NCBI GenBank assembly: GCA_965209055.1 | Contig: OZ242374.1 | Location: forward strand, 288,001-352,000 | Source of the DNA: Acidobacteriota bacterium | GTDB taxonomy: Bacteria; Acidobacteriota; UBA6911; RPQK01; JAJDTT01 | Reading direction: 5' to 3' | Length of the DNA stretch: 64,000 bases | Part shown: in pieces, positions 20,388 to 29,998 of the stretch | Position numbering within the stretch: position 1 is the stretch's first letter | How the letters are laid out: every line of letters starts with the position of its first letter | Notes under the pieces: model-generated | What the model was told of the DNA's origin: nothing | The model's input: the letters and a program-made list of their open reading frames with translations, nothing else | Databases searched by the model: none | Translations under genes and position numbers: made by a program

Positions 20388-21089
20388 TTGCCTATGAAGA
20401 CGGAATTCAACTGGACACAGCCACGGATCGTCGTCAAGAGGACCCTCCTCTCGCAGAAACCGGCCGAGAACAGCGGCCTGATCGCGGCCGCCATCGCCAT
20501 GGTCATCCTGTTCGTGACCATTCTGGTCTGGAGGGACTCTCCCGGCCTCATGCGACTCTCGGCCGCCGTGCCCTCCCGGGTCCTGGACGAGCACGAATAT
20601 TGGCGGCTGTTTTCCGCTATGGCCGTCCATTCCGACTGGAAGCACCTGTTCTCCAATCTTCCCTTCGTGGTCTTCTTCGGCTACCTCCTATACGGCTATT
20701 TCGGGTTCGGAGTCTATCCCTTGGGCGTCGTCGTTCTGGGCGCCCTCACCAACTACCTCTCGCTACTGACCTATCCCCCCGAGGTTCACCTGGTGGGGGC
20801 ATCGGGCATGACCCACGTGATGGGCGGATTCTGGTTGACTGCCTATATCCTGGTGGAGCGGAGCCTCCCCCTGAAGAAACGGGTGCTGCGAAGCCTGGGT
20901 GTGGCTCTGATCCTCTTCCTGCCCTCGGCTGTTCAACCCGAGATCAGCTACCGGGCCCACGCCATCGGACTGTTGCTGGGCATCGTCGCGGCAGCGATCT
21001 TTTTCCAGCGGTACAAGCGCCGGATCCGGGCGGCGGAAGTGCTGGAGATCGAGGAAGATGACGACGTCTCCGGGCCGGTCGTCATGTGA
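20388..21089 (+). CDS. Rhomboid-family intramembrane serine protease
   Basis: EYWRLF, HxxxxHLFSN, GASG catalytic Ser, AHAIG catalytic His. Confidence 0.9.
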   Translation: MPMKTEFNWTQPRIVVKRTLLSQKPAENSGLIAAAIAMVILFVTILVWRDSPGLMRLSAAVPSRVLDEHEYWRLFSAMAVHSDWKHLFSNLPFVVFFGYLLYGYFGFGVYPLGVVVLGALTNYLSLLTYPPEVHLVGASGMTHVMGGFWLTAYILVERSLPLKKRVLRSLGVALILFLPSAVQPEISYRAHAIGLLLGIVAAAIFFQRYKRRIRAAEVLEIEEDDDVSGPVVM

Positions 21090-21211
21090 GCCGATAGCAA
21101 CGCAGTCCGCGCCTGTGCAGGGACGGTCGAATCCCGTGACGACTTTTGCCACGGGCTGGTATACTCGATCCATTCCTGCCTTGATTCTTCGAGGCGTGGA
21201 GAGGTACTGGA

Positions 21212-21646
21212 ATGAAGGTGATCAAGTTGGCGCAAGTGCCGCCCCCGAGTGTCAAGGTCGACGCGACGGTGCTCTCGGCCGCCATGTCCATGCGGAACGC
21301 CAGAATCGGCGCAGCCGCCGTCCTGGAGGGGGACCAGCTGGTCGGAATCTTCTCCGAACGGGATGTCATGGTGAGAGTCGTCGTGCCCCGGTTGGATCCC
21401 GAAGCCACGACCGTTCGCGATGTCATGACCACGGCCGTACAGACGGTTGGGGAAGACGCGGAAGCGGGAGAAGCCCTGGAACTCATGGTCGCCCGTCACA
21501 TCCGGCACCTGCCGGTGGTGGACTCGGAGAATCGCGTCACCGGACTCTTGTCGGTTCGCAATCTGCTCCAGCATCACATCGAGGAGTTGGCGGATCAGCT
21601 GAATTCCCTGGAAGCCTACTTCAGCGCGGACGGTCCGGGCGGGTAG
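21212..21646 (+). CDS. CBS-pair domain protein
   Basis: LVGIFSERD, VRDVMT, IRHLPVVD. Confidence 0.92.
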   Translation: MKVIKLAQVPPPSVKVDATVLSAAMSMRNARIGAAAVLEGDQLVGIFSERDVMVRVVVPRLDPEATTVRDVMTTAVQTVGEDAEAGEALELMVARHIRHLPVVDSENRVTGLLSVRNLLQHHIEELADQLNSLEAYFSADGPGG

Positions 21647-21782
21647 CCCTCTCCGGCCGGAGCCTCCCCGATCCCCGTTCCTCGCGCCTCTTTGCTCATT
21701 TTCCTTTTCTCGCGCTGGTCGACGACGTATGCTTCGGGTCGGCTTCCGAAGAAACGACGCACAGGACGCACAGGAGGAGTAG

Positions 21783-23249
21783 ATGAAAGGGCGTTTTCCA
21801 CTATCCATCGGCTTGCTGGTCCTTCTGACGCTGGGGTCGGCCGAGTCCCGTCCCTCCAGCCATGGTCAGAAAATGAAACCTCTGGACATCGGCTCCAACC
21901 TGGAACTCTTCGTCGACGATTACCTGATCGATTCCATGAAGGGAGTGCGGCTCCAGCTTCAGGAGGCGCGGCCGGCGGGGACCGTGCTCGAGTTCGACAA
22001 ACCGTGGGAGGGGACCACGTCGCTCTACCACACCGTCTTCAAGGACGGCGACCTCTACCGCATGTACTATCGCGGCAGCAGTCATGCCGGCTACACCTTT
22101 CCCAAGTTCGTGGGTCCCGGCGAGACGGTGATCCCCGAGCACGAGGAGGTGGCCTGCTACGTCGAGAGCCGCGACGGCATCACCTGGACCCGGCCGTCTC
22201 TGGGACTCATCGAGTTCGAGGGATCCAAGGACAACAACATCGTCTGGATCGGCAGGGGCAGCCACAATTTCGCTCCCTTCAAGGACGGCAACCCGGAAGC
22301 GGACCCGGCGCAGCCTTACAAGGCGTTGGCGGGCGGGCCGCTGCTGGCGCTGGCTTCGGCCGACGGTATCCGCTGGACCAAGATCCAGGAGGAGCCGGTC
22401 ATCAGCGACGGGGCGTTCGATTCGTTGAACGTGCCCTTCTGGGATCCGGTCCGGCAGCTCTACGTCGCCATCTACCGTGATTTCACGGACGGAGTCCGCA
22501 GCATGAAGTTCGCCACTTCCGAGGATTTCATCCACTGGACGAAGGGGGAGTGGGCCGACTACGGAGACGCGCCGCGGGAGCACTTTTACACCAACGCCAC
22601 CCAGCCCTATTTCCGCGCTCCCCAGATCTATCTGGCCTTTCCCAAGCGTTTCGTTCCCTGGAGGACCTACCACGACAACGCGGCGGGGGCCGGCGTCTCC
22701 GACGCCGTTTTCATGACCAGCCGCGATGGGGTGCACTGGGACCGGCGGTTCGGGGAAGCCTTCATTCGTCCGGGGCGGGATCCCAAAAACTGGGTGCATC
22801 GGACCAACATGGTCTCTTCCGGCGTCGTCCCCACGAGCGACGACGAGATCTCCCTTTACGTGGCCCGGCACTACACTTCACCCAGCGCCCACCTGGAACG
22901 AATGACGGTGCGCATGGATGGGTTCGCGTCCCTCCGCGCCGATTACCAGGGCGGGGAGATGGTGACCAAGCCCTTCGTCTTCAAGGGAGACGACCTGGTC
23001 CTGAACTTTTCCACGTCGGCCGCCGGGAGCATCCGGATCGAGGTCCAGGACATGCATGGCCACCCGGTGCCCGGGTTCGCGCTGGAGGACTCGCCCCTGA
23101 TCTTTGGAGACGAGGTCGAGCACACGGTCAAGTGGGACCGAGGCCACCCGAAGGCGAGACGGGATACCCTGAACCGGATCGCCGGCAAGCCGGTTCGGCT
23201 GAGAATCGTGATGCGGGACGCGGATCTCTACTCCCTCCGCTTCCGTTAG
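21783..23249 (+). CDS. Secreted beta-propeller glycoside-hydrolase-like protein (GH32-like)
   Basis: Signal peptide; ELFVDDYLI, YVESRDGITW, MTSRDGVHW, RMDGFASL, DADLYSLRF. Confidence 0.75.
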   Translation: MKGRFPLSIGLLVLLTLGSAESRPSSHGQKMKPLDIGSNLELFVDDYLIDSMKGVRLQLQEARPAGTVLEFDKPWEGTTSLYHTVFKDGDLYRMYYRGSSHAGYTFPKFVGPGETVIPEHEEVACYVESRDGITWTRPSLGLIEFEGSKDNNIVWIGRGSHNFAPFKDGNPEADPAQPYKALAGGPLLALASADGIRWTKIQEEPVISDGAFDSLNVPFWDPVRQLYVAIYRDFTDGVRSMKFATSEDFIHWTKGEWADYGDAPREHFYTNATQPYFRAPQIYLAFPKRFVPWRTYHDNAAGAGVSDAVFMTSRDGVHWDRRFGEAFIRPGRDPKNWVHRTNMVSSGVVPTSDDEISLYVARHYTSPSAHLERMTVRMDGFASLRADYQGGEMVTKPFVFKGDDLVLNFSTSAAGSIRIEVQDMHGHPVPGFALEDSPLIFGDEVEHTVKWDRGHPKARRDTLNRIAGKPVRLRIVMRDADLYSLRFR

Positions 23250-23328
23250 TCTGAAACGTTCCGCCAGACGCCGGGTCGGGCGCAGCGGCGCCGTAATTTG
23301 GGATATGGACCGGTAAGGAGAAAAAGCC

Positions 23329-24747
23329 ATGAGAATGTTCGTACAAGGTGAGTGGACCGAGACCCCGCAACTGATCGAAGTCAGGAATCCTTACGACGAC
23401 TCGGTGGTGGACACCGTCCCCAAGGCCGGGGCCGCCGACGTGGACGCGGCCTTGGCGGGCGCCGTCGAGGGGGCCCGCGTGATGCGGAACATGCCCGCTT
23501 ACGACCGGTCGCGAATCCTGACCAGGGCGGCGGACATCATGGAGGAGCGGACCGAGGAACTGGCCCGGACCATCAGCTCCGAGGAGGGCAAGATTCTGGC
23601 GGAAGCACGGATCGAAGCGGTACGCGCGGCCGAGATCATCCGGCTCTCGGGAGAGGAGGCCAAGAGGATCACCGGGGAGGTGCTCCCTCTGGACGCGGCG
23701 CCCGGTTGCGCCGGACGCCTCGGCTTCACGCTCCGGGTGCCCTGCGGCGTGGTGGCGGCCATCACGCCGTTCAACTTTCCGTTGCACCTGGTCTGCCACA
23801 AGGTGGGCCCCGGACTGGCCGGCGGCAACGCCGTCGTGGTCAAGCCGGCCACCGACACGCCCTTGTCCGCCCTCAAGCTGGTGGAGATCCTGCTGGAAGC
23901 GGGGACGCCGCCCCAGGCCCTGGCCTGCCTGACGGGTCCCGGCAGCGAGGTGGGCGACTTTCTCTCGGGCGACCCTCGAGTCCGCAAGATCAGCTTCACC
24001 GGCAGCTACGAAGTGGGGGACCATATCTGCCGGGTGGCCGGAATGAAGAAGGTCACCATGGAACTGGGGTCCAACGCCCCGCTGTTGGTGATGGACGACG
24101 CCGATCTGGACAAGGTGGCCGCGGCCACGGTGGCCACCGGATACGCCAACGCGGGACAGGTCTGCATCTCGGCCCAGCGGGTTCTGGCAGCGGACCGGAT
24201 CTACGACGATTTCCTGGATCGTCTCAAGACGGGCGTCGAGAACATTCGCATCGGAGATCAGCTCCAGGACGGGACCACCATGGGGCCGCTGGTTCGGGAA
24301 TCGGACGCCATCCGCGTGTCCAACTGGATTCAGGAAGCCGCGAACGGGGGGGCCCGCCTGCTCACCGGAGGAGCCCGCAACGGAGCCCTGGTGGAACCGG
24401 CCATCCTGGCCGACGTGGACCCGGCCATGAAGATCAGTTGCGATGAGCTCTTCGGCCCCGCCGTGGCCGTGAATCGTTTCGACGACATCGACCAAGCCAT
24501 CGACATGGCCAACGACACCCGCTACGGCCTGTCGGCGGCCATCTTCACCCAGGACATCGACCGGGCCCTGCGATTCGCCCAGGAGGTGGACAGCGGCAAC
24601 CTGCACATCAACTGGGGCACCCAGTGGAGGGCCGACCTCATGCCCTACGGAGGCCTCAAGGACAGCGGCATGGGCAAGGAAGGCCCCCGTTACGCCGTGG
24701 AAGAGATGACCGAGTCCAAGATGGTCGTCGTCCACCTGGACAGCTAG
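23329..24747 (+). CDS. NAD(P)-dependent aldehyde dehydrogenase
   Basis: AITPFNFP, ISFTGS, MELGSN, NAGQVCIS, ELFGP. Confidence 0.95.
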   Translation: MRMFVQGEWTETPQLIEVRNPYDDSVVDTVPKAGAADVDAALAGAVEGARVMRNMPAYDRSRILTRAADIMEERTEELARTISSEEGKILAEARIEAVRAAEIIRLSGEEAKRITGEVLPLDAAPGCAGRLGFTLRVPCGVVAAITPFNFPLHLVCHKVGPGLAGGNAVVVKPATDTPLSALKLVEILLEAGTPPQALACLTGPGSEVGDFLSGDPRVRKISFTGSYEVGDHICRVAGMKKVTMELGSNAPLLVMDDADLDKVAAATVATGYANAGQVCISAQRVLAADRIYDDFLDRLKTGVENIRIGDQLQDGTTMGPLVRESDAIRVSNWIQEAANGGARLLTGGARNGALVEPAILADVDPAMKISCDELFGPAVAVNRFDDIDQAIDMANDTRYGLSAAIFTQDIDRALRFAQEVDSGNLHINWGTQWRADLMPYGGLKDSGMGKEGPRYAVEEMTESKMVVVHLDS

Positions 24748-24758
24748 GAGCGCCGACT

Positions 24759-24816
24759 GGAGCGGCGACTTCCCAGTCGCCGAAAGGGGGGATAGGGAGG
24801 ACGCAGTCCCCCCTTT
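24759..24816. repeat. REP-like hairpin (GGAG family) followed by an AAAGGGGGG...CCCCCCTTT hairpin
   Basis: GGAGCGGCGACTTCCCAGTCGCCG at 24759-24782, between convergent genes. Confidence 0.6.
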
Positions 24817-24849
24817 ACGATTTCCTGCCCCTACAATATCCCAGCAATG

Positions 24850-25182
24850 TCACAGACTCCCGGAATGTGACATCGGCACATCCGGACCAGTGCGAGGTTT
24901 CGGTGTAACGGACAACTGGACTCCAAGCGCACCAAGGACCTTCATAACAGTTCCGATCCGAGGATTGCGTTCACCGGACAATGCTTTGTACAAGCTTTGA
25001 CGTGCCAAGTTGGTCTTTGCAGCGATCAAAGTCATGCCGTTGGCACGAGCGACATTGCCAAGGGCCTTAACGAAGAACTCGGAATCGTTTTCTTCGAGAG
25101 CCGCCTTCAGGTACTCAATGACCACCTCATCGTTATTGAGAAACTCAGCGCTGTCCCAAGGCGAATAAGTCTCCTTGCTCAT
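24850..25182 (-). CDS. Addiction-module antidote protein (HI1420-like HTH antitoxin)
   Basis: WDSAEFL...YLKAALE...ALGNVARANGM...RQSLYKALSGERNP. Confidence 0.9.
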   Translation of the reverse strand: MSKETYSPWDSAEFLNNDEVVIEYLKAALEENDSEFFVKALGNVARANGMTLIAAKTNLARQSLYKALSGERNPRIGTVMKVLGALGVQLSVTPKPRTGPDVPMSHSGSL

Positions 25183-25191
25183 GATCCCTCC

Positions 25192-25485
25192 TCAGAGTTC
25201 GCCCGCCATTTGATGGGCCCGCCGTATGTCTCGGGTCTGGCTCGACTTGGCACCCCCGCACAGCAAAATCACCACCTTCATCTTCCGGATCGTGTAGTAG
25301 ACTCGGTAGCCCTTGCCGACGGGAATGCGCATCTCGCTGACGCCCTTGCCCACGGTTCTGTGATCACCGAAATTGCCTTCCTCGATACGATCGATCCGAA
25401 CGATAATTCGTGCTTGGGCGCGCTTGTCGCGTAGTCCCTTCAACCAACGGAGAAAGGTCGTACTTCTGACGACCAAGAAACCCAC
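25192..25485 (-). CDS. RelE/ParE-superfamily addiction-module killer protein (HI1419-like)
   Basis: FLRWLKGLRD, GNFGD, GVSEMRIPVGKGYRVYY, LLCGG. The GTG start at 25485 is inferred from promoter position. Confidence 0.9.
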   Translation of the reverse strand: MGFLVVRSTTFLRWLKGLRDKRAQARIIVRIDRIEEGNFGDHRTVGKGVSEMRIPVGKGYRVYYTIRKMKVVILLCGGAKSSQTRDIRRAHQMAGEL

Positions 25486-25490
25486 GTAGC

Positions 25491-25520
25491 GATTGTCTCC
25501 AATTGGAGACAATCAGTCAA
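25491..25520 (-). promoter_or_regulatory. Promoter with perfect 24-bp operator palindrome for the TA pair
   Basis: Minus strand TTGACT, 17-bp spacer, GACAAT, then GTG after a 6-nt gap. Palindrome GATTGTCTCCAATTGGAGACAATC at 25491-25514. Confidence 0.75.
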
Positions 25521-25566
25521 GAAGCTCGACCCTGCCAGAGCTGTGACCCGGTCGTTGCGCGACTCA

Positions 25567-27423
25567 CTACCTCAGCCGGAGTTGAATGCCCGCATAGACC
25601 AGGCGCGGAATGCCCAATGACGGCAGCGGCGTCAGCCGCACCACGTAATCCCGGTCCAAAAGATTCTCCACGGCCAGAAAGATTTCCAACGATTCGCCCA
25701 GCGGTCTTCGTACGCTGGCGCCCAGGAGGAAGAAGCGCTCCAGAACCATGGTGTTGCGATCGTCCTCGAACTGGTCCCCGACCCATCTTCCCTGGAGCGA
25801 GGCCGTGAACGGCCCCTCGTAACGGACCTCCGCCGTGAGCTGATGGCGGGGGACCTGCGGCAGCCGCAGACCCGTTTCCGTCACCTCGGTCCGGGCGTAG
25901 AGATAGCCCATCCGCAGGCTCCAGGGCAGATCTCCCTGCAGCCCCGTCTCCAGCTCCAGACCCCGGACCCGCACCTGCCCCAGATTCTGCCGCTGCCGCT
26001 GAATGAACCGGGGACCCACGGAAATCGTGGCGTTCCCCACCGGGTCCCGGAGCGAGTTCCAGAAGCCGTTGATCCGGACCAGCACGGCGCCTGACGGATG
26101 CAAATCCGCTCCCAGCTCTCCCCCCCAGAGGTGCTCCTCGCCCAGATCGGGATTCTCGGCGGTGAGGACGTTGCCCACCCGGAAGGGGCGATAGAGCTCG
26201 TTCAGCGTGGGAGCCCGGAATCCGCGGTAGGCCGAGCTGCGCAGGGTCAGCCACCGGGCGCCCCGCAACAGGATGCCCAGGCGGGGATTCAGCGAGGTCT
26301 CGGTGGTGCGGCCCTGCCACCAGTCCGTCCGGGCTCCGATCTGCAGGTCCAGCCGGTTGTGGGCGGGAACGGTCTGCTGGACGAAGAGGCCGGCCAAGTT
26401 CTGCGCCCGGTCCTGCCAACTGACTCGTCTCCAATCGGTTCCCACCAGCAGTTGTCCCCGCGGATTCCAGGTCAGCGACCCGCCAGTGCCCAGCGTGGGA
26501 AACTCCTGCCGGGCGGTCACGAATTCCTGGGAGCGGTCGGGAAGAATACGGGAGAAGGTGTTCTTGAAGAGGCCCGACTGGACGTAGAAGCGGCTCTGCC
26601 ACGTATCGCCCTCGACTCCCGTCTCCAGGAGAGCGATCCGGGAATTGTTCTGCTGGAGATGAGTCCCGTTGCTGCGCCGTTCCCGAAAAGTGTTGACGCC
26701 GACGTGGAACCGCTTGTAGGAGACCCGGCCGAAGAAGGTCTCGAACCGGCTGTTGGCCGGAGTGTCCACCTCTCCCCGGAGCGCCTCGTCGATGATGAAG
26801 AACCCGTCGGTGTCCAGGACCCGCGCTGAGGCCAGGTATCCCCAGTCTCCCACTTGGTCCGACGCGGCCAGATCCAGGTCGGCGTAGCGGTGATCCCCCA
26901 GCACGCCCCGGACGTCCAACCGGCGCTGGTTTCGGGCCGGACGAAGCTGGATGGTTCCTCCCAACCCGGTGCTCCCGTACAGCGGACTCGTGGCTCCCCG
27001 GACCACCTCCACGCTGTCCAGGGCCGTGCGGGGAATCCGGTTCCAGTAGACCCATCCGCCGAAGGGATCGTTCCAGGGGATGCCGTCGAACAGGACCAGC
27101 GTGCGGCTGGTTCCTGAGGGGCCGATGCCCCGCAAGGAGACGCCCTGGGTCGTGGGATGGGAGATCATGCTGCTGCTGCGCCGAAAGAGGCTGAATCCGG
27201 GGACCTGGCGCAGAGCGTCGTCCAGGACCAGGGCGGGAGACTCGCGAAGATCCTCCCGGGAAAGGACGGTGACCAGAGCGGTGCTCTCGAGGAGAGGCTG
27301 CTCCTGCCGGCTGGCCGTGACGACGACGGTCTCGTGAGAACCCTTCGGCGTCTCCTCTTCTGACGGTTCCTTCTCCTGAGGAGGAGTCAGGAGAGCGAAC
27401 AGAGCCAACGGTAGCCAGAGCAT
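25567..27423 (-). CDS. TonB-dependent receptor (short type)
   Basis: TonB box ETVVVTAS, plug LDDALRQVPG, VEVVRG, FRAPTLNELY, VENLLDRDY. Confidence 0.9.
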   Translation of the reverse strand: MLWLPLALFALLTPPQEKEPSEEETPKGSHETVVVTASRQEQPLLESTALVTVLSREDLRESPALVLDDALRQVPGFSLFRRSSSMISHPTTQGVSLRGIGPSGTSRTLVLFDGIPWNDPFGGWVYWNRIPRTALDSVEVVRGATSPLYGSTGLGGTIQLRPARNQRRLDVRGVLGDHRYADLDLAASDQVGDWGYLASARVLDTDGFFIIDEALRGEVDTPANSRFETFFGRVSYKRFHVGVNTFRERRSNGTHLQQNNSRIALLETGVEGDTWQSRFYVQSGLFKNTFSRILPDRSQEFVTARQEFPTLGTGGSLTWNPRGQLLVGTDWRRVSWQDRAQNLAGLFVQQTVPAHNRLDLQIGARTDWWQGRTTETSLNPRLGILLRGARWLTLRSSAYRGFRAPTLNELYRPFRVGNVLTAENPDLGEEHLWGGELGADLHPSGAVLVRINGFWNSLRDPVGNATISVGPRFIQRQRQNLGQVRVRGLELETGLQGDLPWSLRMGYLYARTEVTETGLRLPQVPRHQLTAEVRYEGPFTASLQGRWVGDQFEDDRNTMVLERFFLLGASVRRPLGESLEIFLAVENLLDRDYVVRLTPLPSLGIPRLVYAGIQLRLR

Positions 27424-27481
27424 GGGAACGCCGGAAGATTCTGAATTCTAGGTGGACCCTTTTGTACGCTCGTCTGCGTGG

Positions 27482-28942
27482 TCAATCGGACTTCACCTGA
27501 AAGGCGTAAAGGTCCGTGTCCCGCAAATGGAATCGAATTCGCAGGCCGGCCTCCCGTCGAGGGACCAGATCCGCTCCGTTCCCCCAGGTGACGGCGTGGC
27601 GCAACGAGTCGCCGCGGACCGGATTGCACTGTCGCGCCCCGTATCCGGGAATCACGTTGCCGTCCTGGTCCAGGATCTCCGCCCGGAGTTCGCCCTCCAC
27701 CCGGGCATTGACCGTCAACCGGCCGCCGGGAGTCTGCAGGAGCTTTGTGGTGACCGACCCTTCCCTCGGCGCCGTCAGCGAGACGAATCCGTCCAGCCGC
27801 ATGGTGGCCAGGCCGGTGGCCCTCTGGATCCGCCGGCCGTCCCGGACCCAGCCCTCTTTCACCTTCCGGATGGCGGCCACGGTGTAGGGCATGTTCTCGC
27901 CCCAGTAGTAGCACCAGATCCGCTCGCCGTGCACCACGGGAGCCACCGGGATGCTGAGCTTGCTGTCCCAGGCCGGATCCTCTCCCCGCTCCAGCACGAA
28001 CGACCCGGGAAAGGGCCGGCTCCAGTGGACCCCGTCCCGGCTCACGGCCAGCTCGGCCGCCGCCGCGACGAACTCCTTCGTCCCTCTTTGGAAGACCCAG
28101 AGCCAGCCCAGGTAGAGGTCCTCGTAAAGGAACGCGGCCAGTCCCTTGAAGTGGAGATCGGGTTCTTCGGCTGCTGGCGCCATCACCGTCTCGGGCTCCG
28201 ACCAGGTGACGAAGTCGGCACTGACGGCCCGTCCGACCGTATTCTGTGCGGCGCGCATCCGCACGTAGAAGACGTAGCGCCGGATGCGCGGATCCCAGCC
28301 CAGCAGGTTGCCGTTATGAGGCCGCCGGAACCACGGCTTCCCGTCGCCGTTGAGCTTCCAGTGGACTCCGTCGGCCGAATAGGCCTTGGTGATGGCCGGC
28401 TGTCCGTCGAAGACGTCCACGTAGGTCATCTTGAACCGGCGCTGGGGATCCGGATCGTGGAGGTCCTTGATGACGTTGGCCCGCCTCATCCAGTTGACGC
28501 CCCGGGGAATGAGATTGTTGTCACTGGAACCCTCCCAATCCACTTGACCCAGGTTCGGCTTGCTCCAGTCGGCGCCGTCCTTGGAAACGGCGTAGGCCAC
28601 CTTGTACCGGAACCCGCCCGGCGCCCCCTCTTCCATGTGGGAGGCCATGTACCACATCTTGAACTCGCCGGTCTCCCGATCGAATAGGACGGCCCTCCCG
28701 TTGGGTGAGATCAGCCACCGTTCCCAGGGACGGTCCCCCACCAGGACCGGATTGCCGGGATGACGTTCCAGCCGGTTCAGCCGGCGGGTCACTCCCCGGG
28801 TGGACTCCACGACATGGTCGTCGATGAAAAGCTGTTTCCGTGGGCCGATCTCGACACCGGCAGCGTGGGAACCGGGCAGGATGGAGGTGACGGAGGCGGC
28901 GAGGATCAACACCGTCAGCATGACTTTCATTCGAGAAGACAT
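27482..28942 (-). CDS. Secreted beta-propeller glycoside-hydrolase-like protein (GH32-like)
   Basis: KQLFIDD, YAVSKDG, AVSRDGVHW, MRLDGFVSL, DLYAFQV. Confidence 0.75.
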   Translation of the reverse strand: MSSRMKVMLTVLILAASVTSILPGSHAAGVEIGPRKQLFIDDHVVESTRGVTRRLNRLERHPGNPVLVGDRPWERWLISPNGRAVLFDRETGEFKMWYMASHMEEGAPGGFRYKVAYAVSKDGADWSKPNLGQVDWEGSSDNNLIPRGVNWMRRANVIKDLHDPDPQRRFKMTYVDVFDGQPAITKAYSADGVHWKLNGDGKPWFRRPHNGNLLGWDPRIRRYVFYVRMRAAQNTVGRAVSADFVTWSEPETVMAPAAEEPDLHFKGLAAFLYEDLYLGWLWVFQRGTKEFVAAAAELAVSRDGVHWSRPFPGSFVLERGEDPAWDSKLSIPVAPVVHGERIWCYYWGENMPYTVAAIRKVKEGWVRDGRRIQRATGLATMRLDGFVSLTAPREGSVTTKLLQTPGGRLTVNARVEGELRAEILDQDGNVIPGYGARQCNPVRGDSLRHAVTWGNGADLVPRREAGLRIRFHLRDTDLYAFQVKSD

Positions 28943-29043
28943 GTGGAAACCCTCCGTGACGCGCCTGTTCCGGCTCGGCCGAAGTCTACCACCGCTCCGT
29001 CACCGGGGTGATAAGATGCCCGGGCGGAGGGCACGGGAGTCGC

Positions 29044-29991
29044 ATGAAATTCGGAGTCGCCGTGACCACTTCGGTCACGCCGGCAGTCACCGCTGGAGCT
29101 CAGGCCGAATACGTCCGGAGAATGGCCGGGGCCATCGAGGACGCCGGATTCGACTCGGTCTGGGTCAGCGACCGGACCCTGTTCCCGGCGGATCTGGCCC
29201 GGCGCTACCCGGACCGGTTCGGTCCCGGCAGGGCCAGTCCCGAAGCTCAGAACGTCCTGGAGTCCCTGGCCACCCTCAGCTTCGTGGGGGGATCCACCCG
29301 CCGGTTGCGCCTGGGCGTCAGCGTCCTGGTCCTTCCTTTCCGGAATCCCCTCTTGAACGCGAAGATGATCACCACTCTGGACGTCCTCTCCGGCGGCCGC
29401 GTGATCTACGGTGTGGGCGTGGGTTGGATGCCGGAAGAATTCGCCTCCATGGGCGCGCCCTACCACAGGCGGGGAGCGGTCACCGACGAGCATATCGAGA
29501 TCTTCAAGGGCGCCTGCGCCCAAGACGTCCCGGAGTACCGGGGAAAGCACTTCCGCACCTCGGGGATGGTCTTTTTCCCGCGGCCGGTGCAGGAACCGCA
29601 TCCCCCCATCTGGGTGGGAGGGAATTCCCGCTTCGCCCTGCGCCGGAGCGTCCGTCTGGGGGATGCCTGGCACGGGATCCGGCTCTCTCCCCGCCAGGTC
29701 GGGGAGGCCCGGCGGGACCTGGCTCGAATCTGCCGCGCAGAGGACCGCGACCCGCGGACGGTGGGCGTCACCCTGAGACATACGCTGGTGCTGGGGGACG
29801 CCCGCTTCAACGGCAACGGAGATCGGCTCCACCTGACCGGCACCGCGGCGCAAGTCCGCGACGACATCCGCCGCTATGGCGAAGCGGGACTCGACTACCT
29901 GGTCCTCTCGGTGGATGCTCCGAGCACCCGGGAGACCCTGGATGCGGTCCGCCGGTTCGCGGACGAGATTCTGAGCGAAGAACAGGAGTGA
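29044..29991 (+). CDS. LLM-class flavin (possibly F420)-dependent oxidoreductase
   Basis: GFDSVWVSD, TLDVLSGGRVIYGVGVGW, PRPVQEPHPPIWVGG. Confidence 0.88.
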   Translation: MKFGVAVTTSVTPAVTAGAQAEYVRRMAGAIEDAGFDSVWVSDRTLFPADLARRYPDRFGPGRASPEAQNVLESLATLSFVGGSTRRLRLGVSVLVLPFRNPLLNAKMITTLDVLSGGRVIYGVGVGWMPEEFASMGAPYHRRGAVTDEHIEIFKGACAQDVPEYRGKHFRTSGMVFFPRPVQEPHPPIWVGGNSRFALRRSVRLGDAWHGIRLSPRQVGEARRDLARICRAEDRDPRTVGVTLRHTLVLGDARFNGNGDRLHLTGTAAQVRDDIRRYGEAGLDYLVLSVDAPSTRETLDAVRRFADEILSEEQE

Positions 29992-29998
29992 TGAAGTC

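Noticed and set aside
27424-27481. Cobalamin or other riboswitch upstream of the short TonB receptor
   Set aside because: The intergenic gap is only 58 bp and shows no recognisable riboswitch motif.
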